Assembly: GCF_006345805.1 (NCBI RefSeq)
Contig: NC_043017.1
Coordinates: forward strand, 2,728,001-2,792,000
DNA length: 64,000 bases
Source: Octopus sinensis
Taxonomy: Eukaryota
Direction of reading: 5' to 3'
The notes under the pieces were generated by a model that saw only the letters and a list, made by a program, of their open reading frames with translations, was not told the origin of the DNA and did not search any database. The position numbers were made by a program, and so were the translations under genes. Shown one piece after another: positions 1-13,400 of the stretch; the first letter of the stretch is position 1; each line of letters opens with the position of its first letter.

Positions 1-221
1 CAACAATTCTTGTTCTTTGTTTTCTATAACAATTCCACTTCCTGTTCTTTAATGCCTCTTTCTTCTGACCTTTTCATCAAGCTCAACATCCATAGCATCC
101 GTCTCCTTCATCTGCTTCTTTTTTTCCTTCAACCTTTCCGCTCATCACAATTCTCTGGGCCCTCTTTCCTCAAAGGGCCATCTGGACCGTATTTAAGAAC
201 CACTGTAAACCAAGCTACAGA

Positions 222-455
222 TCAACCCTTTTGAGACCATCCCGCCTGAAACCACCCCACCTACCCACCCAACTTCCACCCTCGTTCTATGATACAAATT
301 TCATGTTTTGAAGTGACTTAAATTTAAATTTTCCATCGATTTATTTTGAAACATCAACTTAATAATTATTACAAAATTATTTTACTAATTACTTCATTTT
401 TTTTTCAAAATTAATTGAAACGTTAGCAAAGAAATGTACTAACAAAATGGTTTAA
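222..455. mobile_element. TTAA-type (piggyBac-like) MITE, decayed
   Basis: Begins (t)caaccctttt and ends aaatggtttaa; AT-rich body similar to 28666-28890 and (inverted) 13525-13990. Confidence 0.5.
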
Positions 456-554
456 GTCTGGGACTCAAAATCTCAGAACTGAAATTGTTGGAATAAATAC
501 CATAAAGTTCTAACAAATCCACCCATCCACCTCCACCACCACCACCCTTTTTTT

Positions 555-913
555 TTATTTGTTTCAGTCATTAAACTGTGGTCATGCTGGGGCACTGCTT
601 TGAAAAATGTTTTGTAGTTAAATGAGTTAAACTCCAGTACTTTTATTTTTTTAAGCCTGGTGCTTATTCTCTTTTGCTGAACTGCTAAGTTATGGGGATG
701 TAAACACACCAACACCGGTTGTGAAGCAATAGTGATGGACAAACACACACACACACACACACACATGTATATACATACACAACAGGCTTCTTTCAGTTTC
801 TGTCAACCAAATGCACTTGCAAGGCTTTGGTGCCAAGGGTGCCATGCAGTGGGACTGAACCCAGAACCATGAGGTTGGGAAGCAGGCTTCTTACCACACA
901 GCCACTCCTGCAC
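555..913 (-). mobile_element. SINE family A (tRNA-like head, CORE-like box, internal microsatellite, CR1-like tail)
   Basis: Reverse complement of the copies at 1783 and 6552; internal deletion; many CpG-to-TpG changes. Confidence 0.85.
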
Positions 914-1326
914 TTGATATTTCATTCACCCTGGAAAGATGAAAGACAAAATTAACCTCAGCATGATTTGAACCCAGAACCCACTGAACTGGAACAAACC
1001 CACTGGCAGTTCATTGTATTCTCTAATGACCCCTGCCTATTCACTACCTATAAAATGTTACAGCTAACACAAGAACGCTAATTAATATGGAACACTAATT
1101 AATATAGCAGCTTGACAATTAATCAGTCATTAATTTTCCAATAAACAAGTTTCATCTAACTTACCCCCCCACCACCATCAATCTTTACTCAGCTTATTTC
1201 AGAAATTAGATCAATAATTTACCAGTATATTACTGGTATATATTTTATTGGGTCAGCAGGAGAAAGAAAGGCTTAACAGATGTTGAAATTTGGTTGCTAT
1301 TTTTAGTTGATTGTACAACTGCTTGT

Positions 1327-1616
1327 GGAGGCACATGGCCTAGTGGTTAGAGTAGCGGTCAAGGGATCGCGGGTTCGAATCTCAGACCGGGCGATGTGTG
1401 TGTTTATGAGCGAAAACACCTGAGCCCCACGCGGCTCTGGCAAACTTCTGCTGACTCTTTCGCCACAACTTTCTCTCATTCTTTCCCATTGCATCTTGCA
1501 GCTCACCTGCGACAGACCAGCGTACCGTACAGGTGTGGAACCTATACGCCAAGGAAACCGGGAAACTGGCCCTTATGAGGCAGGTGTGGCTTGAGAAGGA
1601 ACATACAACAAACAAT
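1327..1616 (+). mobile_element. SINE family B (tRNA-derived head)
   Basis: A box tggcctagtggttag, B box ggttcgaatct, (caa) tail, flanking direct repeat aactgctt at 1317-1324/1617-1624. Confidence 0.9.
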
Positions 1617-1782
1617 AACTGCTTAGAAGAACTTATGTTTTTGTTGATGGTCTCTCTTGAGCCAACTGACCAATATTCAAAGCCGTTACCATTCCATCTT
1701 CTATTCAGACATTGTGTATCTTGGACTATATTTTTTTAATGTGCCATACATTGTTCGTTGAAGGAAATTTGATGACTTTCAT

Positions 1783-2200
1783 AGGCGTAGGAGTAGCTGT
1801 GTGGTAAGTAGCTTGCTTACGAATCACATAGTTCCGGGTTCATTCCTACTGCGTGACACCTTGGGCAAGTGTATTCTACTATAGCCTTGGTCCGACCAAA
1901 GCTTTGTGAGTGGATTCGGTAGACGGAAACTGAAAGAAGCCTATCATATATATGTATGTATATATATATATATAATGTATGTGTGTGTGATTATGTTTGT
2001 GTGTCTGTGTTTGTGCCCCCAACATTGCTTGACAACCAATGCTGGTTTGTTTACGTCCCCATAACTTAGCATTTCGACAAAAGAGACAGATAGAATAAGT
2101 ACTACGCTTGCACAGAATAAATCCTGGGGTCGATTTGCTCGACTAAAGGTGGAGCTCCAGCATGGCCACAGTCAAATGACTTAAACAAGTAAAAGAGTAG
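1783..2200 (+). mobile_element. SINE family A, full length
   Basis: Head ggcgtaggagtagctgtgtggtaag, CORE-like gacaccttgggcaagtg, internal (TA)(TG) tract, tail cagcatggccacagtcaaatgac. Confidence 0.9.
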
Positions 2201-2322
2201 ATTTAAAGAGTGCTGAGAGTCTCATTCATTCTAACTGTTGTTATTGCTGTTGTTGTTGTTGTCATTTAGCCCCGAGTTAGCTCTAAACAGGCCTATGACC
2301 AAAGGTTCTGCTACCATGACCT

Positions 2323-2525
2323 TCATCATCATCATTTAGTGTCTGTTTTCCATGCTGGCATGGGTTGGATGGTTTGACCGAGAGTGGTAAGGCCAGGAGC
2401 TGTACCAGGTTCCATCGTCCATGCATGGTTCCTACAACTGGATGCTCTTCCGAATGCCAAACACTTTACAGAATGTCCCAGGTGCTTTTCATGTGACACC
2501 ATCACCACTGCTTTTTACCAGTGGC
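2323..2525 (-). mobile_element. Family E element (RTE-related, (GAT)n tail)
   Basis: catcatcatttagtgtctgttttccatgctggcatgggttgg...ggatgctcttcc...gccaa shared with 11195, 13575, 25320 and 30760. Confidence 0.75.
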
Positions 2526-3437
2526 GCTTCCCTTCCTCTCTTTTCGGACAATGCATCCAAGACAACATTTCTGAATATGCCCTTCCATTTTTAAGCAAGT
2601 AAAGTGTGGTTTAAATGAGAACTGGCTGCTATTTCTTGCATTTTGTCTGACTGTCTATGAGCTCTCGTATTTGTTCACTGTGATTGTTTTATTTCCATGA
2701 TGGAGTCGGTGGGGGCGAGGGGGTGGGGGTGAAGTACATAGAACTTAGATAAATTTTTCCAGAAGCAGTTTATTCTTTACTCTCATTAATCAGATTCTAC
2801 CAAATTTAATCTAAGTCAGTCAAAAATAATTGCTAAGATCAAAATCAAGGATAAGATCTTTCTAGAAACAAAAATGTTCTCGGAACCCCATTTGAGATAA
2901 AATGTTTGTGTATTTCAATTAAGGCATCATTTATCTTTTTTTTTCGGTGGATCCGTGCCAACATTTCTGATTGTGCACTTGAGGCTGAGATGTTGGAACA
3001 TTTTCGGAAAGGTTTGCTTTTTCTTTTTTATTTGTTTATTTTCCAATTTGGCTTTGTTTCACAGATAAGCCGTGATGGATGTAAAAACCTGTCAACCATA
3101 CCCCCACCCTCGTACACACAATATTGCTCACAATTGAGGTTTCTTAGGCCATGATGGAGCTCTGTTGTGCCATATTAAAGACCTTTCAACCCTTTTCATA
3201 CCAACCTGCCTGAGACCACCCCAGGTTCTATGATACAAACTTGCTGTTTTAATCCTTTTGTTAACATTAAAATCATCCACATGTGGCCAAAATCTTCTAC
3301 CTGTTTTATATTCAAACTGACCACATTCGGCCTCTCACACCTACCCTGCAATGCCATTCTAAAAATAAACTACTGCTGCATCAGTATCTTGAAGCTATGT
3401 GGTAATTCAGGAATAATTCAAAACAGTAAGAATAAAT

Positions 3438-4033
3438 AAGCGTAGGAGTGGCTGTGTAGTAAGTAGCTTGTTTACCAACCACATGGTTCCAGGTTCAGTC
3501 CCACTGCGTGGCACCTTGGGCAATTGTCTTCTACTATAGCCTCGGGCCAACCAAAGCCTTGTGAGTGGATATGGTAGACAGAAACTGAAAAAAAGCCCGT
3601 CATATATATGTATATATATATGTTTGTGTGTCTGTGTTTGTCCCCACAACATCGCTTGACAACCAATGCTGGTGTGTTAGCAGTTCAGAAACGTTAGCAT
3701 GCCGGGCGAAATGCTTTGCGGTATTTCGTCTGCCATTACGTTCTGAGTTCAAATTCCACCGAGGTCGACTTTGCCTTTTATTCTTTCGGGGTCAATTAAA
3801 TAAGTACCAGTTACGCACTGGGATCGATATAATCAACTTACTCCGTTTGTCTGTCCATGTTTGTCCTGTCTGTGTTTAGCCCCTTGTGGGTAGTAAAGAA
3901 ATAGGTTCAGCAAAAGAGATCGATAGAATAAGTGCCAGGCTTACAAAGAATAAGTCCTGGGGTCGATTTGCTCGACTAAAGGCGGTGCTCCAGCATGACC
4001 ACAGTCAAATGACTGAAACAAGTCAAAGAGTAA
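3438..4033 (+). mobile_element. SINE family A containing a nested family F SINE
   Basis: A head 3438-3680; A tail resumes at 3905 (gttcagcaaaagagatcgatag). Confidence 0.85.
3689..3904 (+). mobile_element. SINE family F (Meta/MESC-like central domain), nested
   Basis: gagttcaaattccaccgaggtcgactttgcc...cggggtcaattaaataagtaccag; short duplication gttcag on both sides; relatives near 38130, 38790 and 48245. Confidence 0.75.
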
Positions 4034-4376
4034 GCATTATAACATTTAACAGATCAACACTAAAAGAGTTAATTATAATCCTCCAACAAAATTTTATGCT
4101 AATTTGTTCCGGACCCCAGCTTAATAACGAAGAAGTTATTTTACTAAATACTTTATTAATTTTAGGTCCAGCTGACCTAAATTCAAAAATGTTCCAGTCC
4201 TGGCCATCACCGGCATTGGCATCATTGTTTAACACCTGTTTTCCATGCTGGCATGGGTTAGATGGCTTGGCAGGAACTGACAAGTTTAGAGACTGTGCCA
4301 TACTCTTCTGTCTACTTTGACATTTCTTCTCCAGCTGGATGCCCTCCCTAATATGTCAATCACTTTACAGAACTAT

Positions 4377-4660
4377 TGTTGTTTGTTCCTTCTCAAGGGA
4401 CAGTTTTCCGGTTTCCTTGGCGTATAGGTTCCCCACCTGGACAGAACGCCAGTCCATCGCAGGTGAGCTGCAAGATGCAGGAGGAAAGAATGAGAAAAAG
4501 TTGTGGCAAAAGAGTCAGCGGAAGTTTCGCCATTACCTTCTGCCGGAGCTGCGTGGAGCTTAGGTGTTTCGCTCATAAACACACATTTCCCGGTCTAAGA
4601 TTCAAACCCGCAATCCGTCGACTGCGAGTCCGCTGCTCTAACCACTAGGCCATGTGCCTG
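4377..4660 (-). mobile_element. SINE family B inserted into a family E element
   Basis: Reverse complement of 1327-1616; imperfect TSD cactttacagaactat/cacttacagaagtat; E sequence continues on both sides. Confidence 0.9.
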
Positions 4661-5513
4661 CACTTACAGAAGTATACTGTGTGCTTTTTATGTGGCACCA
4701 GCATCAGTGAGGTCGCCAGATAATTTACAAGCCTAGACACCCTCACCTGTGTCAAAGAGTGGTACCAAGGAAGGTAGCTTTGTGTCAGGTGGGCAGTTAG
4801 AGCATGAAGAGATGAACAGAAAATAGAAGATTTGAATGAGATTTGGCTGCTATTTCTAGCAAATTAAACTGGGAGGGCGGCGCATAGTTTCTCCCATTGA
4901 TTCTTTGTTGTTGGATTTCTTGTTGTTGTTGCTTTTGTTTCTGCTTATTTAATTCGTTTTAAATTAAGTTGGTTAATTATTTCTGACATTGTGGTCTGAT
5001 TTAATTTATGTTTGCATACACATCATATACACCCAGTTGTATCTTTGTTATTGCATAGATTAAAAGGAATCTTTACAACCACATATATATATATATATAT
5101 ATACATACATATGCATGTATGTATACTCATTCACATACAAGCATACACATATATTGGAACTACTTTATATACATACATACATGGTGATTATTTTGTTTGT
5201 GTTTGAATTTACAAGTGTACACACACACACATATATATACACTCACATATATACACAGAGAGACACAACGAAAGTTCTCTCTTTCTCTCTCTCTTTACAA
5301 CTACATATGAACATATATACCTTTATATATACATATATACCTTTATATATATATATATACACACACGTATACGTACATTCATATACACTCACAGACACAC
5401 TCTCATCCTGTTTCTCACTCTTACAGATGGACTGGTTCTTTCTTTCTTTCTTTCTGTCTTTCTCTCACTTGCACTCACATACACATACATACACATACAC
5501 ACACACATACACA

Positions 5514-5545
<32 letters not shown>

Positions 5546-6469
5546 ATGTGCTGAAGCCAAAAAGCAAGAAGTTTTCAAACAATTATCAAAAACCTCTGTG
5601 AAATCTTAATACTAGAGGTAAGGCGTAGTATCTTTAATTAATTTTCACCTGATGATGAATGCTGGAAATAGAAGGGAGTGTACTGGGGAGGTGATGGCGG
5701 CGGCGGTGGTGGTGGTGGTGGTGGTGGTGGTATGAATATAAAGAAAGGTAGAAGATGTGTGTGTGTGTGTATAAAGACAACAGTGGAAAACCAACAAGGA
5801 AATGGTAAAAATTGGCAATCTGTTAATTAAAATTATTGGATAGATATAACATGGTGGCTGTGTAATAAATCTTACAGTGTCTCACTCCACCTCTCCATCC
5901 ACCTCTTTCACCCTTTACCTCTATCTCTATCTGTCTATCTCTCTCTCTCTATCTATCTATCTATTTCTCCTTTTACCTCCCTCTGTCTGCCTCTATCTCT
6001 CTCCCCCCTCTGTTTTTCTCTCCCTTTACATTTCTCTCCTTCTACCTCTCACCATCTTCTTTCACCCTTTACCTCTCTCTCTATCTCTCTCTACTGGCTA
6101 CTTGTTTATATGTGTTTGCGTCTGTGTGTGCGTGTGGATGTATATAAATAGATAGATACAGAGATGTGTGCATGTCTGTCTGTATATGTATTTATAACTT
6201 TCACCGTTTTACTGCTGTTGTGCATGAGTGAATGACTCCTCACATCTGTGCCATGTGATGTGGGGCCTATGGAAGAGTTTCCTGTTAACTTCATCACTAT
6301 GACTTAACGTCTGGTCCCCATACACACAGGGTGGGTAGGACAGTTTCACAGGAAACCAGCAAGTTACAGGGCCAGTCTCAAACTCCAGTATCGTCCTTGG
6401 CATGCTCTCTATGGCTGTTTGCCCTTCCTGACATCAACCACTTTACAGAGTGTAAAAAAGGTTAGGGTA

Positions 6470-6744
6470 GAGACCCCCTTCGATTACAAATGACCATGGG
6501 ATTGTTCTCTGAGGCACAAGTCCAGGCAAGGTTGTTTAAGTCTGGTCCTGGGTATAGGAGTGGCTGTGTGGTCCTAGGTGTTGGAATGGCTGTGTTGCTT
6601 ATGAACCATATGGTTCTGGGTTCAGTCCCACTGCATGACACCTTGGGCAAGTGTCTTCTACAATAGCCTCGGGCCGACAAAAGCCTTGTGAGTGGATTTG
6701 GTAGACAAAAACTGAAAAAACCTGTCGCATATATGTATATATAT

Positions 6745-6798
<54 letters not shown>

Positions 6799-7300
6799 GT
6801 GTGTGTGTTTGTTCCCCCCAACATCACTTGACAACTGATGCTGGTGTGTGTTTACATCCCCGTAACTTAGTGGTTCAGCAAAAGAGATCGATAGAATAAG
6901 TACCAGGCTTACAAAGAATAAGTCCTGGGGTTGATTTGCTCAACTAAAGGCGGTGCTCCAGCATGGCCGCAGTCAAATGACTGAAACAAGTAAAAGAGTG
7001 TCTTTTTTTTGTAATGGATCCTCTCACGGACGAGGGCACGTCCTGCCCTGTCCACTACTTTTCTCGCTTTATATGAATCCACTGGTTATTTATGGATGAT
7101 CAGCAGTCACCCATGCATACCGGCCTTCCCTCTCCACATCACCGATGTTATCCAAGGGAAAGGCAAAGGGGCCGATAAAGGTGGAGCAACATGGAATAAA
7201 GTGTCTTGCTCAAGAACACAACACGCAGCCCGGTCCGAGAATCGAACCCACTACCTCATGACTATGAGCCCTATATTCTAACCACTGAGCCATGCTCCTT
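6470..7300 (-). mobile_element. SINE family C split by nested insertions
   Basis: 3' part 6470-6538 and 5' part 7084-7300 match 26697-27032 in reverse; breakpoint duplication ggttgttta/ggttattta. Confidence 0.8.
6552..7000 (+). mobile_element. SINE family A, full length (nested)
   Basis: Complete head, microsatellite and tail aaggcggtgctccagcatggccgcagtcaaatgactgaaacaagtaaaag. Confidence 0.9.
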
Positions 7301-7959
7301 ACAAAGTGTGCTGGGTGCTTTATTCATGCCACCAACACCAGTGAGGTTGTTGTGTAACTTGTAAGACAGAAAAAGAGCAAAGAAACGGGACGTGGAAAAC
7401 GCTCCCACTGCCAAGACAAAAGTACCGGGAAATGGAAGGTAGAGGTCAGTGGCTTTATGCTAAAATCTGATTATGTCCTACTCTATTTACATTATTTACA
7501 TTTGACGGCTATTTGTCCTCACCTTGTTTGTTGTTGCTGCCTTCAAGAATTTTGGTCAATTATCTCGGCTCCAGTGTTTATTCTCATAAAGGTACTTCCT
7601 TTTCTTTTATTAATCTGTCTTTGTTGAACTGCTAAGTTACAAACATGAAGGGAAACTACGTAGCACCAACACATCCCGACTTGTATTCATATATTTTAAA
7701 ACGTTGTCAGTGACTACGAAGTCTCACTCTACACTAGTCTTGAGTCTGATTTCAATTAATGGTCACTATTTTCGTGCCCATAAAATCCTCCTTTTAGCTG
7801 AATAAATATTCGTGTGAGAGACTTCTGTACAGTTTCCAACTGCCAGATCCTTAGATATTTGTTCAACATGAGAAGAAGATGCTAAGATACTTGCTCAAGA
7901 TAATATTCAGTTGGATTAGAACCACCTAATTACAAACCAAACTTTTCATACAACCAGAT

Positions 7960-7997
<38 letters not shown>

Positions 7998-8436
7998 ATA
8001 TATATATATATGTGTATGCATGTGTCTGTGTGTGTGTGTGCGTGTGTATGCATGTGTCTGTATGTGTGTATGTATATATATATATATATATACTTGTATC
8101 CTTATATGCATATATATATATATATATGTATATATATCTATATGTATGTATATATGCATATATATATGTATATATATATGCATATATATGTATATATATA
8201 TACATATATATATGTATATATATACATATATATGTATATATATACATATATATGTATATATGCACATATATATATGTATATATGCACATATATATATGTA
8301 TATATGCACATATATATATGTATATATGCACATATATATGTATATATGCATATATATTTATGCATATATATGCATATATATCTATGCATATATATACATA
8401 TATATATATGCATAGATACACATTATATATATATAT
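7960..8436. repeat. (TA)n/(TATG)/(CATATA) compound microsatellite
   Basis: Directly visible; source of the YI-rich ORFs. Confidence 0.95.
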
Positions 8437-9129
8437 GGGTGAGAGAGATATGTGAGAAAAGCTGGCGTATATATATTTTCAATATTTGTCTTAGCACAGC
8501 AGTTGTGGAGGGAGTAGAATGAAAGATCCACGTTTTTAATCAGTGTTCCCTCAAACATAGCTAAGCTGTTGTTATGTGACAAACTTTAATTACCATTTCG
8601 GCGTTTGGGGTGGGTTGGGGTGGCGATGGTGGCATTGGTGTGGGGAAGGGCTGGGTTACCTAACTACCAGTGTATTATTAATTGTTCTTTGTTTCTCTCC
8701 AGCGAACTTGGAATTGGTTGTTGTGGTTATCTTTCTCGTTTTCTGACTGACTTTAATTACTCCATACTTATAGATGTACGTGTGTGTGTGTGTATGCATC
8801 TACACTGTACATGGGTGTGTATGTATACAAATATATGCATTTTTACAGATATATATACATACATATATTTATATACATTATCTACATATTTATATATACA
8901 CATTCCCACCTGCCAATCAGTGTATTAGCTGTTGGTCTTTGATTAATACAAGAAATCGACAAAATCATTCTAATTTGATGGATCATTGGTTGGGCTTGGG
9001 TGGGGGTGGGCTTTGTGTGGTTCCAGCACCAGTGCTTTTCTGGTTGGTTTGGGCTTGGGGTGAACTCCTTTTTTTACTTTAATAATTATTTCTATTACTT
9101 TTATCATCATCGTCATCATTATTATTACT

Positions 9130-9686
9130 GTTCATGTGTGAGAGATCAGTGTATGCCATCAAAGTGACACTGGGGTAAAATATACGAAACCCACTATACC
9201 CATCATGACTACCCGTCTGAAAAGGGTACACCAGGCACATGCATCACAACCATATGTGCGTGATATGGTGACCTCATATCAAGATAAACAGTGCATGACC
9301 TTGTAGACGGGGGCCCAGTTAGAATTTTCTTCTGGTCGAGTAACCCATCCCACTGAAAAGGTCCCTGAATAAGGGTTGCTTAAGGATGTTGGACGAATGT
9401 TTCCAGAGATGCATTATTCAAACCCCAAAGAATCCCTCTCAACACATGGCTATGATGCTCCCCCACTACTTCTGCTCGTGATCAGAGATGCACATATCGT
9501 CAGCCACTAAGGGACATGCTCAACTGGTTATGGTCAAACAACTGACAAGCAAATCTGTGGTATTGTGCAGAATATTTGCTTCTTAGGCCATCTTTTATAC
9601 CAAGACAAAACAATGTACATGATAACACTTCCAATCAGTTAAGATCAGAAGCCATGAGAACCACTGCCTGGTACTACATCATGACA
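9130..9686 (-). mobile_element. ~550-bp (TAA)n-associated non-coding retroelement, copy 1
   Basis: Close similarity to 38301-38781 and 59372-59905; flanked by (ATT)n; strand inferred from an (AAT)n tail. Confidence 0.8.
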
Positions 9687-10107
9687 TTGTTATTATTATT
9701 ATTATTATTATTATTAATTTTCACACATGCTGCATAGTATGTGTATACTCATTCACACATACACACCTTCATACACACACACACAACCACTTTTAATCCA
9801 TTCTTCCTGCTCTTCCCACTGTTGTTTGTGTGTGTTACAGTAACACACGTTTGTTTGTGTACACATACATATTTACAAACACACACACATACACACACAG
9901 ATTCAGCATTCACATCCATGTATGCATATTTCTGTCTCTTCCCTGTATGTGTGTGTGTGTACTTAGAAGTTGTATGACACAGCTGGATAGAAGACGTATG
10001 GCTCAGTTATGTTGTTGTTGATGTTCGCCTGTGTGCAGCAAGCAGAGGTAGGATCAAACAGTCCCAGCAACAATCCTTCTATCTTCCATCTGCACATGAA
10101 TCCATCA

Positions 10108-10473
10108 TCATGGTTCCAGGTTCAGTCCCACTACGTAGCACCTTGGGCAAGTGCCTTCTACTATAGCCTCGGGCCGACCAAAGCCTTGTGAGTGGATTTC
10201 GTAGATGGAAACTGAAAGAAGCCCGTCGTATATATGTATATATATATGTATGTGTGTGTATATGTTTGTGCGTGTGTGTTTGTCCCCTCCAACGTCGCTT
10301 GACAGCCGATGCTGGTGTGTTTACGTCCCCTAAACTTAGCGGTTCGGTAAGCCCAATAGAATAAGTACTAAGCTTACAAGGAATAAGTTTTGCAGTCGAT
10401 TTGCTCGACTAAAGGCGATGCTCCAGCATGGCCACAGTCAAATGACTGAAACAGACAAAAGAATAAAAGAATA
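10108..10473 (+). mobile_element. SINE family A, 5' truncated
   Basis: Matches family A from catggttccaggttcagtccc to gactgaaacagacaaaagaataaaag. Confidence 0.9.
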
Positions 10474-10559
10474 AGCAATCAATCATTTAGGCAAATGACT
10501 GTAGATGTTCAATTAACCATAAGCAACTGATTTACCTTGGACATTATTCCCATACCTCA

Positions 10560-10960
10560 ATCATCATCATCAACATCATTTAATGTCTATTTTCTTTGCT
10601 GGTATGGGTTGGATGATTTGACAGTGGCAGGTAAGCCGAGAGCTGCACCAGGTACCACTTGTCTGTTGTGTGAGTTGTATGGCAGGATGTCCTGCTTAAT
10701 GCCAACTACAGTACAGAGCCTACTGGGTGCTTTTCACTTTGCACCAGCATGGATGGATGCTTTATATGTATGACCAGCACAAGTCCTTCACCTGTGGCAC
10801 CAGCACTACTGCTATACATGTGTCACCTGTATTAGTGCTTTTTATGCTGCACCATCCTCCGGTGCTTTTGTACAAGGCTCCAGCATGGGTGCCTTTTTTG
10901 TGGAACCTGCACCAGTGCTTTTTCACATGGCACCAGCACCAGTCCTTTCTATGTGGTACC
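10560..10960 (-). mobile_element. Family E element with internal tandem array, decayed
   Basis: (cat)n end, ttgctggtatgggttgg, repeated gcaccagca/gtgcttttt units. Confidence 0.65.
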
Positions 10961-11194
10961 AAAGCTGGACCCTTGGCTTACTGGTGCAGTCCATTTGACA
11001 GGCTTCCCCACAGTTTCCTTCCATCTAATTTCACTCACAGGACTTCAGCTAAGCCGAAGCTTTGTCAAACACACCTGTGCAAGGTGCAGCACACGGGTAT
11101 TGAAACCAGGTCCTTGTGACTGTGAATGAGCTTCTTTACCACTCATTCCGTCATGACAGTGGACATAATGCATCTAGGACTACATCAAATAGTG

Positions 11195-11545
11195 TCATCA
11201 TCATCATCATCATCATCATTGTTTAACATCCGCTTTCCATGCTAGCATGGGTTGGATGGTTCGACCGGGGTCTGGGAAGCCAGGTGGCTGCACCAGGCTC
11301 CAGTCTGATCTGGCAATGTTTCTACAGCTGGATGCCCTTCCTAACGCCAACCACTCCGTGAGTGTAGTGGGTGCTTGTTACGTGCCACTGGCACAGGTGC
11401 CAGGGGAGCCTAGCAACAGCCACGATCAGTTGGTGCTTTTTACGTGCCACTGGCACAGAAGCCAGTCAAGGCGGCACTGGCATCGGCCACGTTCGGATGA
11501 TGCTTTTTACATGCCGCCAGCACAGGTATCACAACTACAATTTCC
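11195..11545 (-). mobile_element. Family E element (RTE-related)
   Basis: (cat)n + gtttaacatccgctttccatgctagcatgggttgg...ggatgcccttcctaacgccaaccac + repeated tacgtgccactggcac. Confidence 0.85.
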
Positions 11546-11998
11546 ATAGTGTCTTAGCAGTGACAATTGCATTTTGAAAGGGAGAAAAAACATTGGTTGA
11601 AGTAGTCCTAGATACACTTTGTCTTTTTAAAACTGGATCATCATGGCTGGAAAGCTTTGATCATTGGCCTATTTGATTGCAGCTGGCTTGAGGTTAAACT
11701 ACTACCACCTCTACTACAACTATCTTAAACACCACTACCACTAAATTACCACAGGTACCACCTCTACCACAGCCACTATACACAACTACCACAACGTCTG
11801 TCATCAAAGCAACTACATCCACCACTGTTTCTACTATAACCACAACAACACAATTGCTACCACTGCAACAACAATGAGTGTTGGTACTACAATCTTTATC
11901 TTGTAGCCATCACTACCACCACAGCCTACCACCACTACTGCAGTTATTAACCACTTTCATTACCATCGTTCACTTGCCCTGTCTCTCTCATTCTCCCC

Positions 11999-12029
<31 letters not shown>

Positions 12030-13039
12030 ACCACTACCACCCCCACCCCCACCACACTCCAGTTGTTCAGAAACGAAAGTAATCAATGAATTGGTTTCAT
12101 TTCTCAGACAACAACAAAAAACACGGATTTAATCATTTTGAGTTGTGTTGGCTGCGATGACGATGATGACGATGACGGTGATGATGGCATTTGCAGTTAT
12201 GGTGCCGACAGAGGTGGTGGCAGCAGCAGCAGCAGTGACGGTGGTGGTGGTGGTGGTGGTGGTGGTGGCTGTGGTGGTTTTATCATCGATGGTGATGCTG
12301 GTCGTGTGTAGAGAGATCATAGTGGAGTTGATGGTGAATGGGTGATGATGATGGTGATGTTGATGCTGATGGTGGCGGTGGGTGGTGGTGGTGGTGGTGA
12401 CAGTGGAGGAAGGATGGGGGTGTAAAGGAGGATTAGAGTGATATTTTGATGGAAATAGAAATTAATTAAACTGTAGAAATGAAGGTTACTGCCATCATCA
12501 TCATCGTCATCATCACCAGCAGCAGCAGCAGCAACATGAAAAGCTAGAATTGCCTCTGCTGCTGCTGCTACTACTACTACTACTACTGTTATTTCTGTGT
12601 CTACCACTTCTACAACATATTAGCACATCCTCCCCCTACTACTATTGCTACTACAGCAATATTATTATTGCTGCTACTACTACTCCTCCTCCTCCTCCTA
12701 TCACTCCAGCTGCTCCCTCCACTTCTCGACATACAATTTGGCTTGGATGGGCAAACAGAATGTCTCTTCGTGTAGGCAAATAAATTTTGCCTTGGACAGG
12801 CAGCATGAGTTTGCACAGACAGACAAACGGATGCTGACTCAGGCTGGTGGCTACTGGCTCAGTTGAATAGGAAGATGGACATCGGCTCAAGCACTGGCTA
12901 CTAGCTTCGACAAGATGACCAGCATTGGTGTAAACAATATGCTTTAGATAGGAAGAGGGATTTTAGCTGGACTTTCAATACACAGGCTCATGGGGATCAA
13001 CACAAGGCACATTTGTGGCTTCTAGCTTGGATACAGGTT

Positions 13040-13400
13040 AACAGCTGCTAGTTCAAACAGGAATGATGAGCAATGGCTCAAGCAGGATGACGAGCAATGG
13101 CTCAAAAAGGATGATGTGTGATGGCCTTTATAGGATGATGAGCACTGATTCAAACAAGATTATGAACAATGGCTCAAACAGGATTATGAGCAATGGTCCA
13201 AACATGATGACGAGTGCTGGCTCAGACATGATGACGAGTACTGGCTCAGATATGATAACGAGTGCTGGCTCAGACATGATGACGAGTGCTGGCTCAGACA
13301 TGATGACGAGTGCTGGCTCAGACATGATGACAAGTGCTGGCTTAGACATGATGATGAACGCTGGCTCAAACAAGATGATTAGTGCTGGCTCAGACAAGCT
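13040..13400. repeat. 24-bp minisatellite (gagtgctggctcagacatgatgac)
   Basis: Near-identical units at 13205-13350 grading into diverged units from about 12880; gives the SAGSDMMT-repeat ORF 13063-13488. Confidence 0.9.

Noticed and set aside
7926-8522. Long YI/CV/HT-rich ORFs here and at 17.5, 19, 20, 40-42, 46-47 and 56-57 kb
   Set aside because: Translations of TA/TG/CA microsatellites that lack stop codons
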